Shown here piece by piece: positions 22,399 to 37,319 of a stretch of 64,000 bases of DNA. The first letter of the stretch is position 1; each line of letters begins with the position of its first letter. The translations under genes and the position numbers were made by a program. Below the pieces are notes generated by a model. The model ran no database searches. It was given only the letters and a program-made list of their open reading frames with translations, and was not told the DNA's origin. This DNA comes from Octopus bimaculoides (Eukaryota), in the NCBI RefSeq assembly GCF_001194135.2, contig NC_068992.1, forward strand, positions 44,210,291 to 44,274,290. Direction: 5' to 3'.

Positions 22399-25300
22399 AA
22401 TACATTAATAGAACTTCAGTTCACTGAACGGACAAAGTACCAAGGAAATTACTGAGAGTCACGTAGTTCGTCTCCTGCCAGCGGCACTTTGCTACCTCGG
22501 AGATTTTGCAGATGTTTCTAGCTGGTCCTGTGACCACGTCGGATGGGGTACCCCACTCTAACTCGACACATTTTATCTGATAATAAACTATACCCGAAAA
22601 ATTACTCATTGAAAGTGCTTCATGGCGATATTTTCAACACTGTATTTCATTCAGTGATTCAGTTTATATTATACAAACTGAACACATAAAAGAATTGTGA
22701 GTTTCTAAACCTTTTTACGTGCTCCTTCACTGCAAACGTTGCTTATAGTATTAAGACAGGGATATATTGAAGTGATGTCAGTAAAATGGTAGCTATTAAC
22801 CTCTCTAATGGAATCTAGACAACGTACAAAAGATTCTAAAGAAATGAAGTATTGACACTAACGCGGTACAAATGCTGTGTTAAATGTTGGACTATTATAT
22901 TAATGTTGTTCAGTACCGGTTGACGCTAAAAGAAGCTAACTTAAACAATTCATTCTCTATAATTCCTCTCGAGTTACTCTCTTCAAGCCAGTATTTTAAC
23001 AAAGACGTGTTAAATTCACTGGAATATTTCGAATAACTGAATATACCAAGGTGGCCACATTTACTTAACTTATGAACCTCACAACATCGTGTTCCTATGT
23101 ATTTCACAGAATTTTTTTAAAAATATATTTTGTTATGATCTATACCGTGCAAATATGTCATGAAACTATTTTCGTGGATCACACATAACTTTTCACAAAT
23201 AGTGAAATAGTTATATGTCTTCTAAACATTACAGTGTCAACAAATATTTCTTAACGTTGTATCATTTATGTAATTTTTCTTGATCTTTGTCTATTCCCAA
23301 TAGATAACAATTTTACTCCGAAACCCCACTGCACTTTCATCAGGTTTCTTCATTATATACTTCGCAAAACCTTTCGTCGTACCTACATTCTGGTTAAGGC
23401 ACTTCATCATATGAAGCGCTTTACCCCTCGTTCCTCATAAATTGTAGTCAAGCATTATATCATAGATACTCTTTCAATAATACAAAATTTAATTTTAGTA
23501 TAAGTATAAAGGTTACTCGGAAACCATATCTAAATCACGCCAGATAACAAAGCACGTACACACTTATTTAACATCACATCAAAGTTACTCCGTAACGAAT
23601 TTCCATCATCGTGCAACACAAAGACGATGTTTTCGGTGATGACCCAGTCTAAAGTTACATGGCAGTTTCCTTTCAAAACATAGACAGTAATTCTAAATAG
23701 TTTCACCCTAAAAAAGCTCTCCTTATTTATATGACAACAAATCATAATTTACTCAACAAACTTACATTATTGTCATAGGATAACACTCCGAATCCTAGGG
23801 AATAAGGTATTCGAGACGGTGATATCAGCAGTAATTATAGTGCAAAGGCGAGATGATAAGAGAATTGGATTAGTTTAACTAATGTGATGGGAAGTGATTA
23901 ATCTAATGATGTGGGTCTTTGCGCTTCGCCTGACAGTGAGGAGGAGAAAGACAGAGAAAACAAACTTTTCTCTTCGACTGCAAGCTACCAAATGTCATTG
24001 TAGATTCGTTACAGTGAACAACACTGTTTTGCTAACATATTACATGTATACGTAATAATTTGGCAACATTGTTAATGCTTTTGCAGCATCATATTCGGGA
24101 ATTGACTTCTTATTCTATACCAAGGTTGTATAATGTTACAATACTACGTTAGTAACATTACTTTTGCAAGAATGTTAGCCTTGAAGCATTTTGGAGTAAA
24201 GTTGTTTTACTGGAATCGTTAGTCACAGGACATTAGAGAGTAAAGATTAGGTGTCAATATCGACCATAACTTAAGTCCAAGATATAAACAACCCCTTTGG
24301 TTGGTTTAAGAGAACAAATATTTTTGTGTTTGTTGTTTATGGTAAAATAGAATCTCTTAGGTAGAAAATGTTAATTACTAATTCTTTCTAATTTACACAG
24401 ATTTATAATATTAGTTGTGGCTGCCCTTTTCCTGTGTAAATTGCTAAATTGTTTCAGTCATTAAAAACAACGTGATCAAGTATATTATTAGCTTAGCATG
24501 GGCAGGGATTCTATGTAAAACCTTAGTTTTCCTTCAATGCAGGAATTATATAGTTCTTTTTTGTTAAATTTTGTTGCGTTTAGATGTTTTTAAAACACAA
24601 ATTATAACCTAGCCCATGTTGCCTAAATTTAGGAAATATAAATAATGTCTCGACAAATCATATTTCGTCCTAAATCACGCTGTCTAAATACCATTTCATT
24701 CTGTTAAATTACACAACTTTCTAAACAAAATACCAGAAAATAGAAAGTAGGAGATACCAGGTCTAGTTGTTATACGGGTAAGTTGTTACAAGCCCAGTGT
24801 TTCCAGCTTCAAGAAATAGGTGACATTCGGGTCTCTACCTCGTGAAGGCCAACTCCATAGCATCATGACTGCACATGAGACTATGGAAGGAAAGGCAGTC
24901 TAAACTTTCATTGAGGTGGCACAGGAGATAAATGTCTAAAATGTATAGTAGTATTAGCACTGCTACTATGTTCTATAGTGATAAATTACGTCACCCTGTG
25001 GTACCCCTTAAATTAAATGGATTCAGCCTTTGAAATTGTAACCTGGTCATGATTATTTGGCTGCAAGAAGAAAGGAACTATCTTTCCCAATTCTGCTCTA
25101 TTCTAGCAATACTTGCATACATTCTACGGCGATCTGAGAAATTATTAGTTTCAGTGGCCGTCTTAAAGTATTCAGAATTTTATCTGAAATATCAGTGCTG
25201 TCATTATTATCGCTTTCATCATAGTTATTACTTTCATCGCTGTTATCGCCAACAATGTATTCCAACATCAAAGAACGTCTAGCACACAGACTCGAAGCTA

Positions 25301-25643
25301 TACGAGTCTAAATACATTGGAATCTATGCATCATGCTTTACTTCACACTAAACCAACACCACCACCATTACACCCACCAGTCATAAAATAATGTTGTTTA
25401 ATATGGAATATAAAGATATCTAGAACATCTAAGCCCGAGGCTAGAAATATTTTCAAGATATTTCCAGTTCATTAATCCTTTATATCTGATAATGAATAAC
25501 AGAAATTATAGCAGACTGCAGGAAAATAAGAATTTCTTTGTACGACCAGACATGCGTTATCTTGATAGAACAATCTACTTATCTTGATGGCTACGTCCTT
25601 CAGCGATGTATTTCCCCATAGGTGGGTTCCTATTGGTGAAGAG

Positions 25644-25683
<40 letters not shown>

Positions 25684-26162
25684 CGAGACAGAGTGGGGAA
25701 GTGAGAGTACATAATACTTAATATAGGTAATATAGAAAATATAGGTAATACATCAAACTTAATTGCCACATCTAATTGAGTGTCCATTATTGGAACCTAG
25801 CAATATATTTTCAAATATTACATACAATAAGACAGACTTAAATGCGTTTGTGTGTGAACGTGCGGGTTTGTTAATCTACATTAATCTACAAACATAAATG
25901 CACACACACGCACGCGCACACACACACATATGTGCGTGTGTGTGCGTGTGATGTATTTTGATATGATTTGCATGTATATGTATATATGATTGCATATGTA
26001 TGTAACAGAAGCTGCTTATAATAACGGTGAATATTAACAAATTTGTTATGGTTACGGTTAATGTTAGCATAATTAGTAGATTTAAACACGCTCAATTTAC
26101 TGCTACAAGTTCTTCTTAATGTAATCAGCTGTTGGTTTTTTTTATTCGCCGATGTTTTCCGT

Positions 26163-26163
<1 letters not shown>

Positions 26164-26219
<56 letters not shown>

Positions 26220-26231
26220 CGCGCGCGTGTG
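26164..26231. repeat. (TG)n(CG)n alternating purine-pyrimidine tract
   Basis: Uninterrupted TG run followed by GC dinucleotides at 26211-26226. Confidence 0.97.
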
Positions 26232-26235
26232 ATGT

Positions 26236-26585
26236 TACTCTTCGGAAATGGTCCTTCTTGAGTGTCTTCTATAGCCTCGGGCCAACCAAAGCCTTGTGAG
26301 TAGATTTAGTAAACGGAAAAGGAAAGAAGCCCGTCAGATATATATGTATATACATCTATGTGTCCGTGTTTGTCCCCTCCATCACTACTTGACAACCGGT
26401 GTTGGCGTGTTTACGTCTCCGTAACATTAGTGGTTAAGCAAAAGCGACCGATAGAAAAAGTACTAAGCTTAAAAATAAGTACTGAGGTCGATTCATCTGA
26501 CTAAAAAGAATTATCAAAGGCGGTGCCCCAGCATGGCCGCAGTCTAATAATTGAAACAGGTAAAAGAAAACATAAAAGATAAAAG
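26236..26585 (+). mobile_element. SINE family B with internal TA/TG microsatellite
   Basis: GTGTCTTCTATAGCCTCGGGCCAACCAAAGCCTTGTGAGT...GAAAGAAGCCCGTC, microsatellite, GTGTTTGTCCCC...CTTGACAACCG...CCAGCATGGCCGCAGTC...GAAACAGGTAAAAGA. Confidence 0.85.
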
Positions 26586-29156
26586 ATAATGGAAATTTCT
26601 GAACCTCATGGTTTACACAATCGTGAATTGTTGATAAGTTGTATTTCTTTTCTAATTTTAAAAATTTTAGTGCTTTTGTAATATTTCATCATTTATCGTT
26701 TATTGTAGTGTGCGTTCTTTTATTAGAGGTTTTGTTAACCTCCTCATATATATTTCCTTTAGTATACCTTTAATTCTTACAATACGCTTTACGTTTCGTT
26801 TGTGTGTTTTCTAATAGCTCTAAATATACGTTTGTTGCGGTCTATTTCTTCTTGTATGTCTCTATTGCATGCTCTATTACTTTGTTACAATACCCGTTGA
26901 TCACTTCTCAAATTGGCAACATGTATGTACGAAACAAAACTACATCAGAAAACAGTAGACAACAGGTCTATTCTTCATAAAATTTCCCACGAATATGAAC
27001 AGTTGTTGATAGCAACGTAACACAAACGCAACGTTAGAATAAGCACACCGCTAGTATATACACCTGTCATAGCCAAAAAAAGAAACACCTGAATAACGAA
27101 TTATAAATCTAACGGTGAAAATTAAAATTCGATCGATAGCGTTTACACCAATCACATTGTCTCTGTCTCCTATAAACAGCCAGTAATACATTAACACATC
27201 ATATTGAAAATGTAACTGTGAAGAACACGTAAATTTGTTGATGGATACGGAAAATTCACAGTTAAAAGAATAATGCAAAGGACTCGGTGGGCAATAAGAT
27301 AAAAATAATAGAAGTGTAAAACTAGAACATAATATGTCTAAAAAAAAGACGCTATTCGCCAATGCGCGTTCTTGTGTGTACAAAGAGAGTTGGAGAGAGA
27401 GAGAGAGAAGTCTGTGTACAGCGATTATGTATAAAGTATAGAATAGATATACATATTTATACACCACCGTCCACAGCTACGCCGGCATAATATATAAATA
27501 TACACAATTACATAAACATGTGTCTGTTGAAATATGGAACAGTTTTCATTCCATACGTGTGAAAGCTTGTGTATGTGTACATGCATGTTTTGGGTTTATG
27601 TATATGTGCGCGTGTGCGTGTGCGTACTGTATGTATACATTTAGACACACCTACGTAGAAATACAAACCCCAAAAGTAGGTGTGAATATGCATTACTGCG
27701 TGTATACATATGTATATACATAGACACATTTGTTAGCAGCTGAACTATTTAACCCTAATTATTATAAATATATTTGTGAGTGTATATTAATAGCCATGAA
27801 TATAGATAGCGTATCTTTATTCATAAACAAGTGTGTTAATAGTCGAATGAAATATCCTTAATTATCATAAACACACACACACACACACAAACACACAAAT
27901 ATATTTGTGAGTGTATATACACTTCATATACATATATATCTATGTATATGATACAAAGAATATATATACATATATACACACATATATGTACATACTTACA
28001 TCTACATGTGTATATACATGCATATCAGGGTACAGGACGTTAGAACAATAAACTACAGACAACGGAACGAACACATAGGAAAACGGAAAGCCACTTGGAA
28101 TGTCCCTTCATCAGCTGTCTCTATTCTATCTAGACGTTTCGAAGACAAGACAGAACGTACTCTAGAATAGTCTCTTCCTGAGTAGTGGATCAACCCACTA
28201 CACAGAGGATTCCAAGGTGGCAAACACAAACCAAGACAAGAAAAAATGGACAGTGAAAACAACATTCAAAAGCCGTACGGCCAAACGCAAATCTGAGGTA
28301 GAACGCTAGTAGTTCGTCTTGCCTTCACAGCGGCTGGAGTGAAAAGAAAGTTGACCACAGGTCACACGAGAGCAGAGAGGATGGTGGAGGGAGGAAGTGG
28401 AACAAGGAGGAAGGGACAGAAGCAGTGAAGTAGAGGCCAGGACATACATTACATACATACATATATATATATATATGCATATATATATGTATGCATGCAT
28501 GCATGTATGTATGTATGTATGTATGTTTACACGTATGTTAACCCTAAGTTAATGTTGGATGCTATTTTCGGACGAGTTGGTGTGGTGTTTACTTAGAACA
28601 GAATCCCAGTAGAAGCCCAGAAGAAATGCGAAACTACACAATCTCTTATAAACAAATTCTATTATGTCAATACATTGAAGAAGAACGAACGATATCGGCA
28701 TGCAGATAAAATTGGATAAAGACTCTGTATTATGGTATACAAACCACTTGTGGTTATTTTCTGGCTTTTAATATACCACTTGTAAATTCATCAAGTTTCA
28801 AAATCATCACTGGAGATTTTAGTAGCCATTATGTTTGATAGGGTTACTGAATTACTAACGCGGGCAAGAGTTAATTCTTGGGCAGAAAGCATCTGATATT
28901 GCCGAACAGGCCAAATAATTTTATTGTAAACACTGAAAAAAGAAGACACCACTGATTTAGATTACAGTCACCTCGTGTGTTAAGAGAGTTGCATAGTGAT
29001 TCAATTTTAAGAAAGCAAACTGATAATTGTTAAGCATATGTTGGAGGAAACCCCTACAAACTGAAGGCAGGAAAGGGTTATGTGTGCGTATGTATATATA
29101 TTAATTGCTGGTAGGGACACCATCTTTTGTTTTGCAACCATAATATACTACCAAGT

Positions 29157-29210
<54 letters not shown>

Positions 29211-29406
29211 TACATACAATGTATCAGTATTATTTCAGCTTTATTGGTGGTAAGTGCCGATTCTTCAGATATATGCACAAACGGTTTCCTAAATTAAACC
29301 ATATTCCACAGAATATATATACACATGTTGATGTTATTAAAATCATTTCATTAGCATATCACAGCTAAAACAAACAAATAATAATAATAACAACAACAAC
29401 AACAAC

Positions 29407-29452
<46 letters not shown>

Positions 29453-29649
29453 GCCACAAATTCAACTCAAGCGGTCAAGCAATGGGGAGGATGAAGACAA
29501 CAAAAAATAAGAGGAAGATAAGCAAATAGCTTGACAAATAAATAGATGAACAGATGAAACAATTTAATTAATTTTTTTGTCTACATAGATCCTTTCATTT
29601 AATATCAGACGTCTTCCCTCAGGTCATAAGGTTACTAGACCCCCCAACA

Positions 29650-30400
29650 GTTGAATCTGATACCGCTTTCATTACCCAGAGTTAATTCATTGATGTCCTC
29701 GACCTCGAACTGACTTACAACCCGCCGGCTATCGATACCATCTGTCTTAGGTATGATCCGGGCACATCTTGACTGACCACTTCTTTTCTGGGTACTGCAG
29801 ACTGGTACTTCCTAATATGCTCATGAACATTTTCGTTGTTGCCCAACGAAAGAAGACAACTACATTGTTTTAGCTTTTTATAAACCCTTCTAGTACTTTT
29901 TACCAGCATTTTATTACTTAGAACTGTCAAATGACCACTGCTTTTACGTATGACCGGCAACCTCACTCCGAGGGGACTAGGTACCACTTCTAACCTCTTA
30001 CGAGGCTATAGTCTGGGATCATTCCTTTTTCTTTTTTCATCTCAAACCACCATCTCTGCATGACATTTTGATGTTACTGTTACTCGTAGTCTCTTCCCGA
30101 TCCTGTGGCAGGAAAGACTCTTTGCTTTTCGGTTGTTGTCCTCTTGCACTGACAGTACTGAAGATGCGTTTTCGTTTGTTCTAACCATCTTCAAAGCTGC
30201 AAACCATTGGTTCTCTGGAAATATCGATTGCAACAGCCATGGTCTTCACCTCTTAGAGACCAGGTATGTTTCCATATGTCATGCTTCTATCGGTGACTGG
30301 TGTCCTCGTCGTTCCTTTTTTTCTATCCTAGCCAAAAGAGTACCAGGATTTATGCGATCCGACTACCAATATAGGCAAATATATCTTAGCTAGCAATATA
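29650..30400 (-). mobile_element. Decayed LINE (RTE-like) fragment
   Basis: GC-richer non-repetitive block; FAYIGSRI resembles the FKYLGS RT thumb motif; otherwise disrupted. Confidence 0.3.
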
Positions 30401-32486
30401 TTGATATGAATGCATCCAACCTCTTAATATTTCACCTGTCAATATATAGATGCATACCCCCAATATCCTACCTATCAAGTTACATGGATATATTCCACCC
30501 ATCAATACATACATACATAGGCGCGAAATTGCTGAGACCCTTTGGACGATAACTGATGAGGATTTGGCGACCTTCTTTGTCTGTTTTTCGTTTGTTTGTT
30601 TGTTTTTTACTTATATATATAAAGGGAGAGAGAGTAACAGAGATGAGTAAAAGAAAGAGATAGATATAGACGCAGATATATAAAGAAATATAATATATAG
30701 ATATACACCATATCTATACAGTATATTAGCGCTGCTACTATTGATGACGGTTTTACGAGCTGCGAATTCTAGGCTCGTCTCTACTAATGTCTACAACAAA
30801 TTAACTTTAATGAGACAAATTACATCAACACGAATTCTAAAGTAAGGCTCCTATTGAATAATGGAACTCACGTTCACCACTTCCGTTCCTACTTGCCTTA
30901 AATAGAACTTCTACTCCCTAGACGCCTCCTCAATATCTTTTATGTAAACTAGTCCAACGACTAATGATGTCATATGTTTTACATCCCATGTTAAGGTTAC
31001 AGAGGAGAATTTCTCAATAGTTATTACCGTTCATTTTAAGAAAGGGAGAAAATTAGTTTATTTTAAACGTGTCTGGAATATAAGGTTTAAAGACATGCAC
31101 AGATGGTGACTCTGACAGCAAAAATAGATGACTCATTCTTATAACCTATTTGGTGGAAGGAATAAACATCTCCGTTCCTCATTATGTGTGTGTGTGTACA
31201 CTTACATACGTACCCACACACACACACATATAGATAGATACGGGTGTGCGCGTATATATATAAATATATATATATGGGGACGGGGGACGTGTTGCTGTAT
31301 GTGTCGTGTCCGTGTGTATGGGTGCGTGTATGTCATTATTTATTCACACATGAACATAATTATATACATAAATTATAAAGCAACATGTATATACACAATG
31401 AATATATACAAAAATTACGTATGTGTATTATGTGGACATCTATTTTCACCCTTCTCTGAAGACATCGTCTTCTCGGGGACTTTAATTACCACAACTTCTC
31501 ATGGTTTTCACACTCATCTAGTACTGATTTCGCCTGTGCAGAAACCGAATTTTTCCCAACCCCAACTCTTCATTTCAACTACTTCACGCCTTCAGACATT
31601 ACAAATACCTTTAATCTCGTTCCCATCTCTACTCTGACCTCTTTCTCAACGCCTACTAAACAGTCACCAATACTTTAATGATTACTTTCCAATACACATC
31701 TACATGCTATAAAATACACTCCCACTTTCTGGACGTATAGGACTTCAAGTCAGCTGAATAGTCGAGTTCATCTTATTCTATGCTATCTCTGACAGTATAT
31801 GTAAGCCGGGTAATTAAAACCATCTTTTTAGGTATGTCCCTCTACAACTCCCACATAAGAAAAACTCACAGACTTAAGTTCCCTGTGTAGTTGATTTATA
31901 ACTGCATTGCAGCAGAGCAGATACTGCAGAAGATTTTGTGACGCTTGGAAAGAATAACCCACCGTATAAATTAGACGGCTCTTGGTCAACATCGCAAAGA
32001 CCACCATCCATTTCTAGTATGATGCTGCACACAGACACCCTGGACCATATCTGGACAAAGGCTACTTAGCATAAAGTCTTTCCCAAATGCACTTCAAACT
32101 CTGATCTGTTGTGTCTTCTCTCTATCTTTTCTACTGCTACTAAAATGGTCTCTGCTCTTCGGATCTGGCTGCTCTCGAGCCACTTCTGCTTAGCCACTCC
32201 CAATACATTCATCTCTCCTCAAGCTACCCATGTTGTGTCCATCTGTTCAGGCCCAGAACTAACCCTTACACTCAAAATGTTGATCTTCTAGAAAATCAAT
32301 ATCTTTCCTACAGTACAAACAATGTCAACCCCACTGGTCTCGGTGATGGCTATGAGCAATAATCTTTTTTTCCACATCAAACCAATTAAAAAGCAAACAC
32401 GAAAGACAAGTCGGTCCTGTATCAGTAGAGACTGTTTCTGAATTGAGTCGGCTCCTTTACCTCTCTCTCTCTTTCCAATCTCTCTC

Positions 32487-32505
32487 NNNNNNNNNNNNNN
32501 NNNNN
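32487..32505. other. Assembly gap (N)
   Basis: Short N run between (CT)n and (TG)n. Confidence 1.
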
Positions 32506-32506
32506 N

Positions 32507-32589
<83 letters not shown>

Positions 32590-33329
32590 ATGCGTGTTTG
32601 TATATTTATAACCACGTCTCTTATATCCACTGTTTCTTTATCTACTCTGTCTCTCTAATTGTCACTTTCCTTCGGCCTTTAAACATATCCACTTGATAAA
32701 ATGAAGAAGCTATTAGGGGCAGCTTCACCGGAGATGTAGCTAGAATTGCAGTATGTCCTCAGACAGGTTTATAATTGGTAGACGTCAGACTAAAAATACT
32801 TTCGCAGTGATATTAATAAATCCTAAGAGCCAATTGATATAAAGTGTTGAGAACTGAGGAATCAATTAAGCAACAGTAAAGTGTGGGAGTCAAAGAAAGT
32901 ATTATAAAGTAGATATATTAAGAATGATGTCGGAAATGGGGATGCTTTATACAGAAATAGCAATCTCTTCGACATTATATCATATGTAAGTTTCTTTATA
33001 TATCTGTTTTTTCGAGAGGCCGTTAGAAAATTGGTTCATTCTTCTATAATGTTATATATCAATATCAAATATTGTCATCAACAGAAAATTTTAAGCATCG
33101 GCTTCAGCTTAAATCCTAGTTTAAATTGAATTAAATCTCAGTTCCAATAAGACTAAAAATGGTCTTAAGTTAAATTAAGATCTTTGAATTCACCAGAACA
33201 TGGTTTTGTTTTTCTCGTAATGTGTGTCTTAAATTATTTTAAACAATGATATAATATATACAGGCGCAGGAGTGGCTGTGTGGCAAGAAGCAGGGAACTC
33301 GACATTCGAAATAAACTTGGATATAATTG

Positions 33330-34030
33330 AGTACCTTTTTATTACATTTTAAGCCCATCTTTACTTTTTTTCTTCTTTTTCTTATCCATTTCTCCCTCCT
33401 CTCGTTCTTCTCCACCCCATTCCTTTCTTTTTGCCACTCTCTTTTCCTTTTCCCTTCTTACCTCCTCCCCTATTTCTTCTCTTCCTCTCTATTTCACCTT
33501 TCCCTCTTTTCCTCTATTTCTATTTCCTTCCTACCCTTCTACCTCATTTATTTGTCCTCCTACCCCAACCCCATTCCGCCCCAGCTTCATTCATCACTAC
33601 CTCTCTCTCTTCCTTCCCAACATTCTGCTTCCGTTTCACTCATCTCTTCTCGAAAACCCATTACAATTTTGCATACCGCTTTCTACTGGGTTTTATATTA
33701 CAATTTATACAATAACATTGTAAGCGCCTCATACCAGAAGACAATCACTTACTCATTTCACAAAGAGAGATCTTGCCCGTTATACCTTCATTTTCTAGGT
33801 GTAGATCAACTCTCTTTTTCACCTGTCAATTTTCATTTATCTTCTTTCTGCATCTCTTTACTTATGCCGTCTACTATACCTATTGTTTTCGTATCCATTT
33901 CTTATATCTATTATCTTTTCTTATTTTATTTACTTATTCATTCCTTCATTTATATAATTGTTTATGAACCACTGTTATATTTTTCGGCAGGTTCTCTACA
34001 TTTTAACGTCAATCCCATATTTTACTTCAT
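33330..34030. repeat. CT/T-rich low-complexity tract
   Basis: Strongly pyrimidine-biased plus strand; mirror-composition GA-rich tract at ~46600-47000. Confidence 0.85.
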
Positions 34031-34437
34031 TATTATATAATACGAGGGGTGTATGAAAAGGCTTGTGCCTTGTAACTTCCTCAGAAGTCTTGTACCATGT
34101 TTTTTTTTGTTGCTTTTTTTTTTGAGGCTCAAGACTTTTCATACACCCCAACTATATTCTTTACTTGTTTCAGTCATTTGACTGTGGCCATATATCTTTT
34201 TACGCGTATGTAATTGCGTGTATACATGATGTACACGGGCACATATGGGCATGTATATATGGATACAAGCATATATATGATATATATGATATATGATATA
34301 TGATATATATGATATATAGATATGAGTGCATCCGCGTCTAGCCATTATCCTTCCTGTCCGTTTATTGCTTATACTGATAGTTCTGCCTTGTGTGTATATA
34401 AGTGTCTGTGTGAGTGTGTATGTGTTTGCATATATAT

Positions 34438-34445
34438 TGAGGGGA

Positions 34446-34534
<89 letters not shown>

Positions 34535-34700
34535 GACGGGCTTCTTTCAGTTTCCGCCTACCAAATCCACTCACAAGGCTTTGGTCGGCCCGAGGGTATA
34601 GTGGAAGACACTTGCCCAAGGTGCCACGCCGTGGGTATGAACCCGGAACCATGTGGTTGGAAAGCAAGCTACTTACCACACAGCCACTCCTGCGCCTATA
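34438..34700 (-). mobile_element. SINE family B head with expanded internal microsatellite
   Basis: Minus strand AGGCGCAGGAGTGGCTGTGTGGTAAG (A-box-like), GGTTCATACCC (B-box-like), CACCTTGGGCAAGTGTCTT, GAAAGAAGCCCGTCGT, (TA)n(TG)n, TTTGTCCCC. Confidence 0.88.
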
Positions 34701-34729
34701 TATTTATATACATGTATACATATATATGC

Positions 34730-35668
34730 ACAGGGTTGTCAAAAAAACAATATATATATATATATATATGTCAAAATATCGGTTCTGTTTTTGTCGGTAT
34801 TAAACTTTAAATGCTCTATGTAGCTAACTTCAGGCTGTTCCTCGCGCATGCGCACTCATTAGATATTTGATACTTGACATCAACTCCCTGTTTTACGACC
34901 AAGATGATCATTGATATTCCCCGAAATATTCAAATCGAGTGCTGAAAACCACCTGCACCAACTTGGTTACGTTAGCCGGCTCGATATTTGATTCTTACAT
35001 CAATTGAATGAGGAGAACATAGCCCAACGAATATCCATCTGCGATTCGTTACACAAATGTGGAGAAAATGGTCTTTTTTGAAAAGACTAGTGACAGGGGA
35101 CGAAAAATGGGTCATCTATAACATTGTGAAACGCATGCGATCACCACAACAACCTCCAAAGCGAACGAATTTCTTTCTATGGATAGGCACATCAATTCGG
35201 CTGTACTTTGACCAGCAGGGCTAACTAAACGCGCCGAACTATCGGAAGCGTCCAACACTTGCTAATCATAATGGAATCTTCATTCATCATTACAATGCCA
35301 GACTTCACACGTCTTTACAAATGCAGCAGAAGTTACCGGGACTTGGCTGTGGAAGTTTGCCGCACCCTCTGTACTTACTTGTCCTTGCACCTTCAGATTT
35401 CTACCTTTTTCGATCTCTTCAAAATTCATTGAATGAACAAACCTTCGTCTATGAAAAGGATACAAAAATAAAGTTCATCTGACCGAGTTGTCCGCCAGTA
35501 GAGACAGAAAATTCTATGAGCAGGGGATCTGCTCACAAGATGGCAGAAGATACAGGGAAAAAAACCCAGCAATTATATAATTAATGGAATAAATCGCTTT
35601 GTGGGTAAAACTTGTGTTATTTTCGCTTAAAAAAGCGAAAAAGAGAACGAACATTTTGGTCCACCCTA
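34730..35668 (+). mobile_element. Degenerate, internally deleted mariner element
   Basis: HLHQLGYVSRLDI..., FLKRLVTGDEKWVIYN catalytic motif at ~35074-35125, FYEQGI C-terminal remnant; TIR-like ends CAGGGTTGTCAAAA and TTTTGGTCCACCCTA. Confidence 0.85.
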
Positions 35669-35706
35669 CACACACACACACACACACTACATTAAGGTCA
35701 ATCCAT

Positions 35707-35751
<45 letters not shown>

Positions 35752-35772
35752 CTAGATAGATAGATAGATAGC

Positions 35773-35803
<31 letters not shown>

Positions 35804-37319
35804 GATAAACAGGTAGAAAACCAAGAGATAGTGAGAGAGTAGAGGTTCTCCAGCTGAAACAGACTTATATTAAACAGTAGCCTATCGAGGTAGAGCCTTA
35901 TCTCTCAACATGTTAACTTTAAGAAAGCTGGAATATCTTTCAGCAGAATATCCTTCCAGAGCAGATGGATTCTAAAAGACGAGCGTAAAAGGCGGTGAAA
36001 GAACTCAGTGAATTTAGGCTGAATTAACAATTGTCAACAATATTTCTCACTCCCTAGTTTAAGCATGTCACCTTATCAAAGCTTGAATTGAGTTACAAAG
36101 AATAAATGAAAACTGATATACCTTGTTTCGGTGAGGAGGTGCTCTGTTGTAAGTTATCAATTATGTAACTTCAGATACTTGCTCACTCTTACAGAGCAAT
36201 AGTGAAATATTTCGTCACTTTAATAGTAAAAAATAATTAATGGCTTGTTTGGGTGATGAAGCAATAAACTAGGTTACAGCTAACACTCCCTTAAAAATAG
36301 TAAGAGCTATGAAAAGAGAATAAAATAAAATATAAATAAAGTAGAGAGCAAAATTTTTCTTTTCGCAATCTCCAACAAACAATAACAGGACAGGTATTTC
36401 CTTAAGTAAACAAACAGTCTTTCGACTGATTGCAATCTATACAAACAAACATTGCTTCCACTTATAGAGCACTGTTTTTTTTTATGGTGGTGGTTGCATT
36501 AATATGATGGTAGTGGTAATGGTGTTAGTATGGCGGTGGTAATGTTGAAATGGAAGTAGACGTTATGTCAGTGGTGGTATATAATGTGCTTTTTGTCTAT
36601 TATTTCAACTGACAATTTCTAGCCTCTCGAACCTCTTGTGGTGACAATATTTCAGTAAACGATGTGATGTCCACGAAATCACATTGGGAAGTTTCTCTTA
36701 TATTTCTGTTATACCATTATCAATTACACCAATAATTAGAAAGTAGAAGGCACGTGGAATCTGTTGATAAATTTCTGGAGTATTCAAAATTCCATTACCC
36801 AGGATGGCAGAAGTAACACTTGGTTCTTCTTAGTATTTGTCAAAGTGACGATAGCTTTGATTTGATATATGAGCAATGATGAGTCATCAATACGGCTGCT
36901 GAGCTGGCTAAATCTGACCGAAATCTTATCTTACCGTCTTAAAAATGTAATTCTATTTACCTCTGAAAAAAATGGAATGATCATGGCTCTTCTTTATATA
37001 GATTCTGCTCATTCAAGTTTTGATTTGTTGTTATACAACAATTTAAACAACAATAACCTCAAAATTAATATCACAATTATAGCAATCAAAAACAACAATA
37101 TTAATGGGATTAATGGGATACATATACTTAAAGGGGTACATAGCAGCACTCTCTTACCTCCCCCACATGCACACATATATACACATCTTCTCCCCTTCAT
37201 TATACTCCTACTTACACTCACACACATGCATTATTGCTCTTCTACAAAACGAATAAATTTATTGTTAAAAGATACAAAATATTGATTTTGGTTGCCACTG
37301 AAATGTATTTACCCTACTT

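Noticed and set aside
22910-23107. Non-repetitive 65-aa minus-strand ORF as a nested gene
   Set aside because: No recognisable motif, non-ATG start and no convincing splice sites
27058-27100. Possible Tc1 left TIR pairing with the 40886 end (also an isolated TACGAGGGG at ~34040)
   Set aside because: Only GAAACACC is shared; 13 kb apart with a host exon in between; no adjacent transposase sequence
33327-34040. 237-aa hydrophobic ORF resembling a membrane protein
   Set aside because: Product of a CT/T-rich low-complexity tract; TTG start, no family motif
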